Source: a virus
Lineage: Duplodnaviria; Caudoviricetes
Direction: 5' to 3' (one strand)
DNA: 64,000 nt
IMG/VR virus record: IMGVR_UViG_2773858042_000003
Coordinates: 15,919-79,918 of that record
The translations under genes and the position numbers were made by a program. The notes below the pieces were generated by a model. It worked only from the letters and a program-made list of their open reading frames with translations. It did not search any database and was not told the origin of the DNA. Shown here piece by piece: positions 45,963 through 55,034 of the stretch. Every line of letters begins with the position of its first letter. The stretch's first letter is position 1.

Positions 45963-46487
45963 TTACTGCGGCGATCCGTAGATCCGCCAGGCCAGCGTCC
46001 CCGCGTCGGGATTGCCGCCCTTGAAGGTGGCGATCAGTTCGGCGCGCGAGCCGTCGGCGACCGTGGCGTCCTTGGCGGCCTGGAAGCTGGCGTAACCGGC
46101 CAGTTGCCACAGGGGCTTGTGGCGGTTGGCGATGCCGACCGACTTCAGCAGCGAGGTCGATCCGGCGGCCGTCGCCACGTCCTGCGCTGAAATCAGGCAG
46201 GCCGGGGCCGTGGCGCCGACGTTCGCCGCGTTCGAAGCCACGCCGACGTCCAGGGTGATGGCGGTGCCGAAGTCGTCGAACTCGATGGTCGAGATCGCGT
46301 CGAAGCGCGTGTCCCAGCCGACATAGCCCAGCGACACATAGTCGTTCTGCGCCACGTCGCCGGTGAAGAAGTCGCCCAGGATACGGGCCACGCGGCCGTT
46401 GCAGAAGAAGGGATCGACCAGCGGATTGCTGTTGATGGTGGTGGCGGCGTGGGCCGCTCCGAGGATAGCGCCGATAAACCGGGCCAT
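45963..46487 (-). CDS. capsid cement/decoration-like protein
   Basis: 174 aa beta-rich, directly after the capsid gene; function from position. Confidence 0.5.
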   Translation of the reverse strand: MARFIGAILGAAHAATTINSNPLVDPFFCNGRVARILGDFFTGDVAQNDYVSLGYVGWDTRFDAISTIEFDDFGTAITLDVGVASNAANVGATAPACLISAQDVATAAGSTSLLKSVGIANRHKPLWQLAGYASFQAAKDATVADGSRAELIATFKGGNPDAGTLAWRIYGSPQ

Positions 46488-46596
46488 GGGGGAAGTTCCT
46501 TGTCATCTTGCGGCCTTTCCGGGGTCCGCACCGCCTTTCGGGCGGGGATAGGGAAGGGTGGGCCGATCTGTCAGGACCGGCCCGGTTCAGGCTGGC

Positions 46597-47541
46597 TTAC
46601 AGATCCTTGACCTCAATGCCCGCCACCGCCTCGTCCCAGCCACGGACGGCGCCGTGTTCGGTTTCGTAATAGGCGTAGGGACGCATCGACTTGTCGCCGC
46701 GAGGGGAAATGGTCGCGGTGTGGATCTCGCGCGCCTTGTATTTCATCGCCTGGTCCAGCCAGACCGGCAGGATGAAGACGCCGGCCGCGCCCGCCTTGGG
46801 GTTCACGTCTTCGTCCAGGACAAACTCGAAGCCCAGGAAGTTGCTGATTTCCCCGCTCTCCAGGCGGCGCACCATCTGGTAGTCGCCGCTCGTGACCGGA
46901 ATGGTGGTCAGCAGTTGGCTGATATCCTCGGTGCGCACGGCGATCTTCAGCTTGGCCCCAGGCAGGACGCCCGCCGCCCGCGTCTTGCGAATAATGGCGC
47001 GCGCGGTCAGCAGCTTGCCCAGCGTCAGCGGCAGGTCGTTGCCGGCGGCGGGCAGGGTGGTGCCTTCCGTGGCGTGCAGATACTTGCGCGACTGGACGCC
47101 GACGATCTTGCCGGCGGGGAAGTTCAGCGTGTTCTCGCCGCTCTCGCCGATGCGCACGGGCGCGAAGAAGCTGTCGCGGATCTTCTTGTCCATATAGCGC
47201 ATCTTGCCCGCGCGCATGGAGGCCATGACCTCGTTGGTCGGATCCTGAAGCTGGTGAACCTTCTGGATGCTCTCGATGAACTTGCCGTCGTGGAAGCTCT
47301 CGAACGCGCCAACGCGGCGCGTCATGTCCAGCAGGCCCTCGGGGCTGTCGGGAACGACGGTGTCGACCTTCTTGGGGTCCGACGTGCCGATGGTGTCGAT
47401 GTTGAACAGCTTGCCCGGCTCGGAATAGCTCAGGTCGGCATCGACGTGGGGCAGATACACGCTCTCGCGGACCTGCGGGGCCATGTTGAGGTTCGCGCGG
47501 AACCCGTCAACGTCGGCCTGGGTGATTTGTGAATAGTCCAT
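46597..47541 (-). CDS. major capsid protein
   Basis: 314 aa between scaffold and tail genes; GEI..FLGFEF, GAVR..E.V motifs; RBS AGGAGG. Confidence 0.85.
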   Translation of the reverse strand: MDYSQITQADVDGFRANLNMAPQVRESVYLPHVDADLSYSEPGKLFNIDTIGTSDPKKVDTVVPDSPEGLLDMTRRVGAFESFHDGKFIESIQKVHQLQDPTNEVMASMRAGKMRYMDKKIRDSFFAPVRIGESGENTLNFPAGKIVGVQSRKYLHATEGTTLPAAGNDLPLTLGKLLTARAIIRKTRAAGVLPGAKLKIAVRTEDISQLLTTIPVTSGDYQMVRRLESGEISNFLGFEFVLDEDVNPKAGAAGVFILPVWLDQAMKYKAREIHTATISPRGDKSMRPYAYYETEHGAVRGWDEAVAGIEVKDL

Positions 47542-47767
47542 GGGCGCACGCCCTCCTGCATTCGATCAAGTGTTGGGTTTGATCGGCTGCAGTCTCGGCC
47601 GGATGGCCGTGCGTGCCTGGCGGTGACGCCCGCCTTCCCAGTCCAACCTGGGGCGCTTCCCTCTGGTCCGGCGCTTTCGCGGTCTCCGGGGAGGAAAGAG
47701 GGAATGCTTGCGGCGCATCCCCGAGCCGTTACGTTCTGACTGTCGTGATTTGCACCGAAGGTCAAGT

Positions 47768-48367
47768 ATGAACCCGCCCAGCCCCCGACGCTCCACTCCT
47801 GCTCTCCAGAGCTTGCCCCCACAGATCTACGCGGGCATCGGGGAGGTGATCTTCCGCTTCACCGTCCTGGAAGGGCAGTTGCGTGATCTCGTATATATAC
47901 TCGCGGGACTGGACCGGCAGATCGGACGGCTTGTCGTTCGCGACACCAATGTTCCCGAACTCTGGAAGCTTTCCAAGGAACTGATGAACATCCGGCAGAT
48001 CAAGATCGCCGCCGTCGACAGGATCGACCATAAAGACCTGATTTCCGTGACCGCGTTCCGAAACAGAATGGCGCACTCGAAATGGGGCGCCGACGCGCAA
48101 ACCAGGCTGACCTATGCGGAACTCAAGGGGTCTTGGCAGCCGGATGGTGACGGCGTGAAATACACACGATCAGCCCGGCCGGAGGGGCGCTATCTCAGCC
48201 GAGACGAAATCCCGAACTCGGTTGCGCTGATCCATCAGCTTGAGATGGCAGTGGACGCAGTCGCTGCGGAAACGCTGGCCGCCTTAGGAAAGACGCCCGC
48301 CGACCTGCGGCCAGCGGACGCTCCGTTCGCCCCTCACTCAGGGCCCGTCGATCAAACGCCGGGCTGA
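47768..48367 (+). CDS. HEPN-like moron protein
   Basis: IGEVIFRF..LE..L...RNRMAH..W (R-x4-H); opposite strand, lower GC. Confidence 0.65.
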   Translation: MNPPSPRRSTPALQSLPPQIYAGIGEVIFRFTVLEGQLRDLVYILAGLDRQIGRLVVRDTNVPELWKLSKELMNIRQIKIAAVDRIDHKDLISVTAFRNRMAHSKWGADAQTRLTYAELKGSWQPDGDGVKYTRSARPEGRYLSRDEIPNSVALIHQLEMAVDAVAAETLAALGKTPADLRPADAPFAPHSGPVDQTPG

Positions 48368-49332
48368 TCGGGACGCTTCTCTCCACGCTGCATCGCCAGA
48401 ATGCCCGCCCGTTCTGCCAGCACGGCCTTGTGCTGCGGGTGGTTGCGGTTCTGAAGCGCCGCCATCTTCTCCGGGTCGCCGTGGAAGGCGTTCAGCGCCG
48501 CCGTTGCGGCGGCTGGCGTCATCTGCTTGGCGCCGCCAGCTTCACGACCGGCGCCCTCGGGCGCTTCCGGCTCGGCCATCTTGCCGACGGCGTGGGCGAG
48601 GACGCGCGACAGGGTCAGGTTCGAACCCAACGACGTTTCCAGATCCAGCATCGCCGCGTCATCAACCTGGCCGCCTAGGGCGTCGCGGATCAGCTTGCCG
48701 ATCGCGCGCTTGTTGCCCTCGGCCGCCGCGCCCCATTCCTTGGTCAGGGTGTCGCTGACCTCCTTGGTCTGGGCCGCCAACTGCGCCGTCTCGGCCTCGG
48801 CGGCCTTCTTGCCCAGATCGTTCAGCGTCTCGATCACAGCCGACATCGCTTGGGGCGTGAACTTCGCCTTGCCGCCCAGCTCGCGCAGGATGTTCGCCAG
48901 CTCCGGCGTATCCGCCGCCGCTTCGGGGGCAAGCTCGATCTTGTAGTCTTTGGGGTCGTCCGGCACGCCCAGCGCCTTGTGGATCGGCGCCCAGTCGTCG
49001 GGCGCCTGGTCCTGCGGCTTGGACGGGATCTTCAGCAGCTCGGCCGCCGTCGCGCCCTTCAGCGCCGTCAGGTGGGCGTGGGCTTTCGCCAGATCGCTGG
49101 GCGTCTTGTAGGTGCGGAACAGCGGATTGGTCGCCAGATCGCCTTCCAGACTGTCCTGCCACGGCGCATCGGACGCCGCTGCGCCCGTGGCGTCAGTCGT
49201 GGAAGTCGCGTCCGTCTGTTTCGATGCGGTCTGATCCGTCGTCTGCGCCGCCGTCGAAGCCGCCCCCGTCTGGTCCGTCGCCGAAGATGACGCCTGGGTT
49301 GCCGCCGTTGTCGTGTCCGTAGCCGTGTTCAT
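48352..49332 (-). CDS. scaffolding protein
   Basis: Low-complexity T/A/Q N-term, DLAKAH, LGVPDDP..Y, L.KEWG; RBS GAAGGAG. Confidence 0.8.
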   Translation of the reverse strand: MNTATDTTTAATQASSSATDQTGAASTAAQTTDQTASKQTDATSTTDATGAAASDAPWQDSLEGDLATNPLFRTYKTPSDLAKAHAHLTALKGATAAELLKIPSKPQDQAPDDWAPIHKALGVPDDPKDYKIELAPEAAADTPELANILRELGGKAKFTPQAMSAVIETLNDLGKKAAEAETAQLAAQTKEVSDTLTKEWGAAAEGNKRAIGKLIRDALGGQVDDAAMLDLETSLGSNLTLSRVLAHAVGKMAEPEAPEGAGREAGGAKQMTPAAATAALNAFHGDPEKMAALQNRNHPQHKAVLAERAGILAMQRGEKRPDQPGV

Positions 49333-49666
49333 GTCTCGCTCCTTCAAGCGCCTGGGTCATGCCCGCGGCGGAAACCGCCACAGGGTCGAAGCCGGCCAGG
49401 CCGGCGATCTTCAGGACGGCGAAACCCCGTCCGTTCAGGTGGTTGGATTGCTCGGGCGTCTCGGCCGCACGGGGCGCGCCGATCTCGCCGATGGTGGCCA
49501 GCATGTGCAGCAGCACCGTCCGGCCGACGCCGCTGGCGAAGGTCAACCGATAGGCCTCGCCAATGGCCGCCGCGTCGCCCCGGCGCACCAGGGCGATCAG
49601 CCGGCGGCTGTCGAACGTGACCGCCGGCTCAAGCTCCGGCGCATCCTCGGGCAGGGCGTCGGTCAT
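49193..49666 (-). CDS. Bbp19-like head-region protein
   Basis: AYRLTF.S..GR.VL.H motif; position between portal and scaffold. Confidence 0.55.
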   Translation of the reverse strand: MTDALPEDAPELEPAVTFDSRRLIALVRRGDAAAIGEAYRLTFASGVGRTVLLHMLATIGEIGAPRAAETPEQSNHLNGRGFAVLKIAGLAGFDPVAVSAAGMTQALEGARHEHGYGHDNGGNPGVIFGDGPDGGGFDGGADDGSDRIETDGRDFHD

Positions 49667-49845
49667 CGCATCGCGCTTCGGGTGGGTGCGCCGATTGTGC
49701 TGAACTGGATGCCCTGCTGGGCGAACCACGGCCATTCCGCCAGCGCACCCTTCGCAAGCGGCTGCATCATGGTGCTGGACATCGCCCGGCGACGGATCGT
49801 GGATGGCGCAGGCTTGGGCGGGGATTTGGTCAGGGGCTTGCTCAA
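49663..49845 (-). CDS. small hypothetical protein
   Basis: 60 aa, coupled to the next gene. Confidence 0.35.
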   Translation of the reverse strand: MSKPLTKSPPKPAPSTIRRRAMSSTMMQPLAKGALAEWPWFAQQGIQFSTIGAPTRSAMR

Positions 49846-49855
49846 GGCCGTCTCC

Positions 49856-50188
49856 TCACTCTGCGGGTTCGTAGGTGGCGCGGAAGATGTCGGGCTTGCA
49901 GGGATACAGCTCGCCCTTGACGCCTCGGATGATCCAGTCGCCTGGCGACGCCGTCAGCGTCCCTTCCAGCGTGCCGATGTAGAGCTTGTCGCCCATCGCG
50001 CAGACATCGCCGGCCTTCCAGCCAAAGCCGTTCGGCGTGGTCACTTCGACCACGGCGGGAAACCAGTCGGGGCATGTGCCAGGCTGGACCTTGTCGGGAT
50101 TGCCCGTGCCCTTGACGGGCTCGCCCACCAGCTCGCCGTCAAACAGGGCGGCGTCGATGACGACGGGTTTCTTGCGGAACTTGCTCAA
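49856..50188 (-). CDS. conserved phage protein of unknown function
   Basis: KFRKKPVVIDA..TLEG..ASPGDWIIRGVKGELYPCKPDIF..TYE; RBS AAGGAGA. Confidence 0.85.
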   Translation of the reverse strand: MSKFRKKPVVIDAALFDGELVGEPVKGTGNPDKVQPGTCPDWFPAVVEVTTPNGFGWKAGDVCAMGDKLYIGTLEGTLTASPGDWIIRGVKGELYPCKPDIFRATYEPAE

Positions 50189-50206
50189 GGTTCTCTCCTT
50201 TGAGGC

Positions 50207-51949
50207 CTACGCGGCCATGCGGGGTTGCTGGCCGGCGTTCTCGATCGAGGCGATGCCTTGGCCGGCGTCGCGCAACGCGGTCGCCTCGGCGGTCATGGTC
50301 TCGTTCTGCTGCTGCTGGGCCTTCTCTTCGGCCCTCTGCTGCTGAAGGTCTTCGACGGCGGCGCGCGACTTCACCATGGCCGGGGCGTTGCCCAGGCTGT
50401 CGTTGATGGTGCGCAGGGCCTCGTGCACGGCGATCACGTCGCCGGCCGTCTCGTCGAACTGTTTGGCGGCGGCGGCCGCGTTGAACAGCATCAGGGCGCC
50501 GTCCACCTGGGTCCGCATCTGGGCCTTGGCTAGAGGGCCGGCATAGTCCCAGTCCACGTCCACGCCCGACAGCTCGGCCGGCGGCGGCGCGACCAGGTCT
50601 TCTTCCAGCAGGGCGTCCAGCTCGCGGTCCGCGCCCTTGCCGAACAGGTCGCGGTCGAAGGTCGGGACCAGATAGCTGATCGCCCGCTGACGCAGGTCGC
50701 GGCGCTCGCGGATCTCCTCGGCCGTGACGTTGGCCGCATCGCGCAGATTGGTGAACTGGCCGAAGAAGACCCGTTCGATATTGTCTGTCAGCTTCTCGCA
50801 CCGGCGCTCGGCCCAGCTGGGGTCGCCCGCGATGTCCGCCTTCTGGATCGCATCCTTCAGCGACTGGAAGCCCAGGTTGACCGGGTCATAGACGTTCACC
50901 TGACCCGGCCGGCGGTCCAGCCGGTTGCCGAACAGGCGCGTGGGCGCGAACAGGACCGGGTCGTTGATCAGGTCGATGGCCCGTTCCATCCCGCCCGAGA
51001 AGTGGTTCAGGGCCATGGCGTCGGGCAGGGCGTCGTAACCCAGGCCGGTGCAGTAGGGGGTCCCCTCGCGCGCATCCATCCCCGCCACCTGGTAGGGGAA
51101 GCTGTCGTAACCGCTCTCCTTGACCTCGAAGAAGTCGTAGTCGGCGAGCAACGTCAGGTCGCTGAACGGCTTATTGGTGTTGACCGCGCCGGACACCCCG
51201 CCTTGGCGAGGATCAACGAGGTGCAGCAGGGTGATCGACACCCCGTGCTTCTTCTCGTCGCGGTACATTTCCGCGATCTTGGGATGATCCAGGGCGTTCG
51301 GATACTTCTCGACTAGCCGCCATAGCGACAGGGTGAAGCGACGGAACATCGTGTCCGTCTCGCCCTCTTCGTTCTGGCTCCACCAGCAGCTTTTCAGCGG
51401 CATGTGCTGGTGACGCGGGCCGAAACCGCGCTTGCGGCCGATCCAGCGCACGCAGTTGCCGAAGGCCAGGAACTCCAGGCCGCACCGGGCCACCGCCGTC
51501 ACCATGCCGGACTGGGGAAGCATCTGCGCGTCGAACAACTGCCAGCGCAGATCGTCCAGATAGTCGCGGGCCTCGGCCGACAGGTCCAGCTTGCGGCCTT
51601 CCTTATCGCGTTTGTAGATCGCGCGGCCGCTCTGGGCCATGCCCCGGCCGACGTTAGGCGCCAGGAAAGGCTGCGTCGTGTCGATGGCGTAGGCGATGAA
51701 CAGCGCCGCTGCCTGTTTCAGGTTCTGGCGCGGGACATTGGTCACGACGCGCCGATTGCGCCGGATCACCGGCGTCAGCGGCGACACGGCGAAGTCGGTG
51801 GACGGATAGAAATAGTCGCTGACGGCCTGCCAGCCAGGTTCGAAGACCCGGCGCTGCGCCTGGTTCTCTTCCCAGCCGTTGCGGATGCGGCGGCCCCGGT
51901 CCGTCATCGACGGCATCCGGCGCACGGCTGGGGCGGCGACCTCGGCCAT
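50207..51949 (-). CDS. portal (head-to-tail connector, T7 gp8-like)
   Basis: 580 aa; W..V.DY..P, YCTGLG..ALPD, NVTAEEI.ER. Confidence 0.9.
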   Translation of the reverse strand: MAEVAAPAVRRMPSMTDRGRRIRNGWEENQAQRRVFEPGWQAVSDYFYPSTDFAVSPLTPVIRRNRRVVTNVPRQNLKQAAALFIAYAIDTTQPFLAPNVGRGMAQSGRAIYKRDKEGRKLDLSAEARDYLDDLRWQLFDAQMLPQSGMVTAVARCGLEFLAFGNCVRWIGRKRGFGPRHQHMPLKSCWWSQNEEGETDTMFRRFTLSLWRLVEKYPNALDHPKIAEMYRDEKKHGVSITLLHLVDPRQGGVSGAVNTNKPFSDLTLLADYDFFEVKESGYDSFPYQVAGMDAREGTPYCTGLGYDALPDAMALNHFSGGMERAIDLINDPVLFAPTRLFGNRLDRRPGQVNVYDPVNLGFQSLKDAIQKADIAGDPSWAERRCEKLTDNIERVFFGQFTNLRDAANVTAEEIRERRDLRQRAISYLVPTFDRDLFGKGADRELDALLEEDLVAPPPAELSGVDVDWDYAGPLAKAQMRTQVDGALMLFNAAAAAKQFDETAGDVIAVHEALRTINDSLGNAPAMVKSRAAVEDLQQQRAEEKAQQQQNETMTAEATALRDAGQGIASIENAGQQPRMAA

Positions 51950-51950
51950 G

Positions 51951-52142
51951 TCAGCCGATCCCTGTCAGCGACGGCGCCGGACCGGCCGTCGCGGCCTCCG
52001 CGACCGTGTCGCTCAGGAAGGTCGAGGCCCGGCCGCCGCTGCGCAGCCGCTTCTGGCGCTGCTGGTCGATGCGGTTCTGCACATCGGCCGGATCGACCGG
52101 ACGAGGCGCTTCACGGACTTTCTGACGGCGCAAGAAGCTCAT
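51951..52142 (-). CDS. small hypothetical protein before portal
   Basis: 63 aa; GR.ST.L motif. Confidence 0.6.
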   Translation of the reverse strand: MSFLRRQKVREAPRPVDPADVQNRIDQQRQKRLRSGGRASTFLSDTVAEAATAGPAPSLTGIG

Positions 52143-52169
52143 GCTCCCAACCTGCGCGCGCCAGACGCG

Positions 52170-52180
52170 GGGGCGGACGA
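52170..52180 (-). promoter_or_regulatory. late-promoter motif copy
   Basis: Motif ends 28 nt before ATG 52142. Confidence 0.6.
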
Positions 52181-52211
52181 CCGCCGCCAGGGCAGGGATT
52201 GTCGGAAGGTG

Positions 52212-53726
52212 TCAGTCAAAGACGACCTCCACGACGTTCGACGCGCTTGCGCCGTGCAATCCCATCGTCGGCAGCAGGCCTGCGCGGTCTTCAAGGCCTT
52301 CGCCGCCCATGGCCATGTATTCGGCGCTCTCGCCGACCGAACTGAACTCGTTTTTCTTGGCCGACTGCGACGAGCCGTTGCCCTTCTTCGGATAGTGGAA
52401 GCCGCCGTTCAGGGCGTTGATCAGCCAGGTGCAGCGCGGGTGCGCCTTCCAGCCGCCATGTCGCTTCAGGGGCCGCGCCAGCGCCGTGCGGCGGATCAAC
52501 GGGTCGTTCGTCGGCGCGGGGACGACGGCGATCTTGGTCCGCACAGACAGTTCCTGCGCCCAGCTCAGCTGGCGGTTCAGCGTGGACCGGGCCTTTGCGG
52601 CCGGATCGACGATCAGCAGGGCCTTTTTGCAGCGGGGGAAGATCGTCTTCATCGTGTTCACGATGGCGTCGGCGAACTCGATCACGTCCATTTCGCCATC
52701 GGGGGCGTCCTCGGCCACGACTTCGGCATAGACGTTCCACTGGCCGAACAGGCTGCGCTGGCCGAACGTCGCTGCACCCTTGAAATCGACGTCCACGCCG
52801 ATCAGCACCGGCAGTTCCGGGTCCGGCTCCATGTCAGCCGGGCCGACGTGCTTGGTCTCGTCGAAGGCAGGGTGAACCGGCACGCCCAGGCGGCCGTAGG
52901 TCAGCTTGCATTGCAGCAGGCGCCGCACGTCGGCCTCTTCCATCGTCGAGGCCATGTTGCGGTAGTAGTCGGGCCGGATCTTCTTCAGGTTAGCCTTGTT
53001 CTCGGCCAGCACATGGAAGCCGTCAGGCTCGTCGGGATCGAAGCCCGGCGGCTGTTTGTGCACCGTGATGCCCGGTCGCTTCTGGCCGTAGAACTCCTTC
53101 TCGAACCAGCTGCCGATCGTCGGCGTGTTGGCGTCGCCCCAGACGCCGGCATAGGCGATGGTAGGCGCGCTCTCCGGCCGGTCCTCGGGCTCGGGGAAAC
53201 GCCCGACCCGGTTGGTGCAGTAGGACAGGATGGCGCTGGATGCATGCGTGTCGAACTCGGGCAGCCAGAAGGCCGTGCACTCCTTGCCTCGGAAGAACTC
53301 GTCCAGGTCCATGTCCTGCACGGCGCGAAAGCGCACATCGACTTCGACCGGACCCCGACCGTCCGGCCCTGCCCCTGGGATCTGGATCAGGTGATCGGCC
53401 GGGTCGCCCTTGGCCCCGTTCCACTTCCCCCACGGCCGGTCCATCACCTTCAGGTAGGACGGGATCACGCTGTCCCAGGCGATGCGATAGGTGGGGCAGA
53501 CGACGAATATTCTGGCTCGACGCCAGCCGTCTCTCGGACTAGCGTGTTGCCAGAGAGCAGCGCGCAGACACCGCCGGGCCGAAGCAATCGTCTTCCCCCC
53601 GGCCGTCGGCCCGACAATGATAGACACCGGCCCCTGATCGAACTCGTGCGCGCGCGCCTTCGGTCCGGCGAAGCCCCACGTCCGCTGCTCGATCCTCTGT
53701 TCCGTGGCGGACAAGCCGTTCCCCAA
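52212..53726 (-). CDS. terL: terminase large subunit
   Basis: Walker A GPTAGGKT, nuclease IGVDVD, C-term SSVGESAEY. Confidence 0.88.
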   Translation of the reverse strand: MGNGLSATEQRIEQRTWGFAGPKARAHEFDQGPVSIIVGPTAGGKTIASARRCLRAALWQHASPRDGWRRARIFVVCPTYRIAWDSVIPSYLKVMDRPWGKWNGAKGDPADHLIQIPGAGPDGRGPVEVDVRFRAVQDMDLDEFFRGKECTAFWLPEFDTHASSAILSYCTNRVGRFPEPEDRPESAPTIAYAGVWGDANTPTIGSWFEKEFYGQKRPGITVHKQPPGFDPDEPDGFHVLAENKANLKKIRPDYYRNMASTMEEADVRRLLQCKLTYGRLGVPVHPAFDETKHVGPADMEPDPELPVLIGVDVDFKGAATFGQRSLFGQWNVYAEVVAEDAPDGEMDVIEFADAIVNTMKTIFPRCKKALLIVDPAAKARSTLNRQLSWAQELSVRTKIAVVPAPTNDPLIRRTALARPLKRHGGWKAHPRCTWLINALNGGFHYPKKGNGSSQSAKKNEFSSVGESAEYMAMGGEGLEDRAGLLPTMGLHGASASNVVEVVFD

Positions 53727-53769
53727 CCCTGACCCTGTGCGATGGGTTCAGTTTCGGGCCGCCAAATGG

Positions 53770-53780
53770 GGGGCGGACAA
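53770..53780 (-). promoter_or_regulatory. late-promoter motif copy (one mismatch)
   Basis: TTGTCCGCCCC; shares 18 bp with the 39561 copy. Confidence 0.55.
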
Positions 53781-53842
53781 ACCGCAGGGGCGAAGACCTG
53801 CCGGAAAGCCACCCCCTGGGGAAATCGGCGGCGCCCGATTTT

Positions 53843-53888
53843 GGGGGCGGGGGGTCGGAAAGGGGGCGGGGGGAGGCAGGGGGAGGGG
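53843..53888 (+). other. six consecutive G-tracts between terS and terL
   Basis: G5-C-G6-N7-G5-C-G6-N5-G5-A-G4. Confidence 0.85.
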
Positions 53889-53948
53889 ATGGCCCGCTGA
53901 TTTCACATCAGAAGCGCCAGCCGCCTCTAGCCCAGCAAGATCAACGGC

Positions 53949-54467
53949 TTAGGCATCGTCGTGTGACTTGGGTTGTGTGACCTGCTCGCCCTCGATCACG
54001 CTAACCCCTTGATTTGTCAGCAGATCAGGCGGCGTGTCCCACTCGCCAGCTGACGCGCCGTCGCCGGCCGCCGTCTGCTGGTCCATCGGGATGGCGATGA
54101 AGGTGTGCGTGGCCTGGTCCTTGCCGGTCGGCTCCTCCTTCGTCGCGCGCTTCTGGTGCACATAGGGCAACAGGTCCGCGCGCTCCCGCTGCATCAACAG
54201 CCAGGCCTCCTTGGCCTCGCAGCCCAGCAGCCCCGCCAGCGCTCGCGCCTTCGCCGCCATGGCCAGCAACAGGTCGCCCTTCGCCGCGCGCAGCTCGCTC
54301 GCCGTCACCAGGCCGATCTGCGCCGACTGCTGACCAGGCGTCATCCCCGCGAACTGGGCCTCGACATACCGCTGAAGGTCGCCCGATCGCTTGTTCCCAG
54401 ATCCTTTGGGCCGCCCTGGCCCCCGCTTCGGAGCCGGTGCGACGCCCGGTAGCGTCGGCATATTCAT
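53949..54467 (-). CDS. putative terminase small subunit
   Basis: GRPKGSGNK motif; upstream of terL. Confidence 0.6.
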   Translation of the reverse strand: MNMPTLPGVAPAPKRGPGRPKGSGNKRSGDLQRYVEAQFAGMTPGQQSAQIGLVTASELRAAKGDLLLAMAAKARALAGLLGCEAKEAWLLMQRERADLLPYVHQKRATKEEPTGKDQATHTFIAIPMDQQTAAGDGASAGEWDTPPDLLTNQGVSVIEGEQVTQPKSHDDA

Positions 54468-54486
54468 ATTAAGGGCCTTTTTTATT

Positions 54487-54725
54487 GGGTTCTGTCGGGT
54501 TCTTGGACGGGTTCTATGGATATTCGAGTGATTTCAGAGCCTTTCGCAAGGGCAGAACCATAGAACCGTAGAACTCTATGATCCTCGCCTGTATGCGAGA
54601 TTGAGCCTCTAGTGTTTCCGCGTGTGAGCGACCGCGCCGGTTCTACGGTTCTACGGTTCTGTGACTTGGTGATGTTCTTGAGATCGCGTCGCTTTCGACA
54701 GAACCCGGTCTAGAACCGTAGAACC
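54487..54725. repeat. iteron array, candidate origin of prophage 2
   Basis: Twelve GGTTCT/AGAACC-like copies in four alternating triplets. Confidence 0.75.
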
Positions 54726-54787
54726 CTGTCGCCGGTCACCCCTGACCCTCGGCTGCCCGCCTATCCTCGCTAACCGTGCTCGGGTCG

Positions 54788-54798
54788 GGGGCGGACGA
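54788..54798 (-). promoter_or_regulatory. late-promoter motif copy pointing to ori/terS
   Basis: Exact TCGTCCGCCCC. Confidence 0.5.
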
Positions 54799-55034
54799 GG
54801 ACGCCATAGAGAGCCACCCAGACGGGTCAGGGTCGGGGTCCAGACCTATGCGGAGCCTGCGCGCACCACTCGCCTGCGGCTCGCTGCGCAGGCGCTCCCT
54901 GTGGTCGCTGGTCGGGCCTGCGGCCCTCCATGTGGGGCGTCGCCTGGTCGGCGACGCAGCAAGGCCCGGCCGCTGGCGCGACCGGGCCTCTTGTCATGCC
55001 TCGATCGCCGCTGTCGCGGCGCTCTCAGGGGCGG

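Noticed and set aside
49856-50188. Assignment to known anti-defence families Tad1, Tad2 or Acb2
   Set aside because: Sequence does not match the motifs I recall for those families
54487-54515. LexA boxes in the GTTC-rich array
   Set aside because: Spacings are 6 and 8 nt here, and the 12-copy symmetric layout fits iterons better
54730-55034. Possible small ORFs between helicase and origin
   Set aside because: No convincing start context or coding signal
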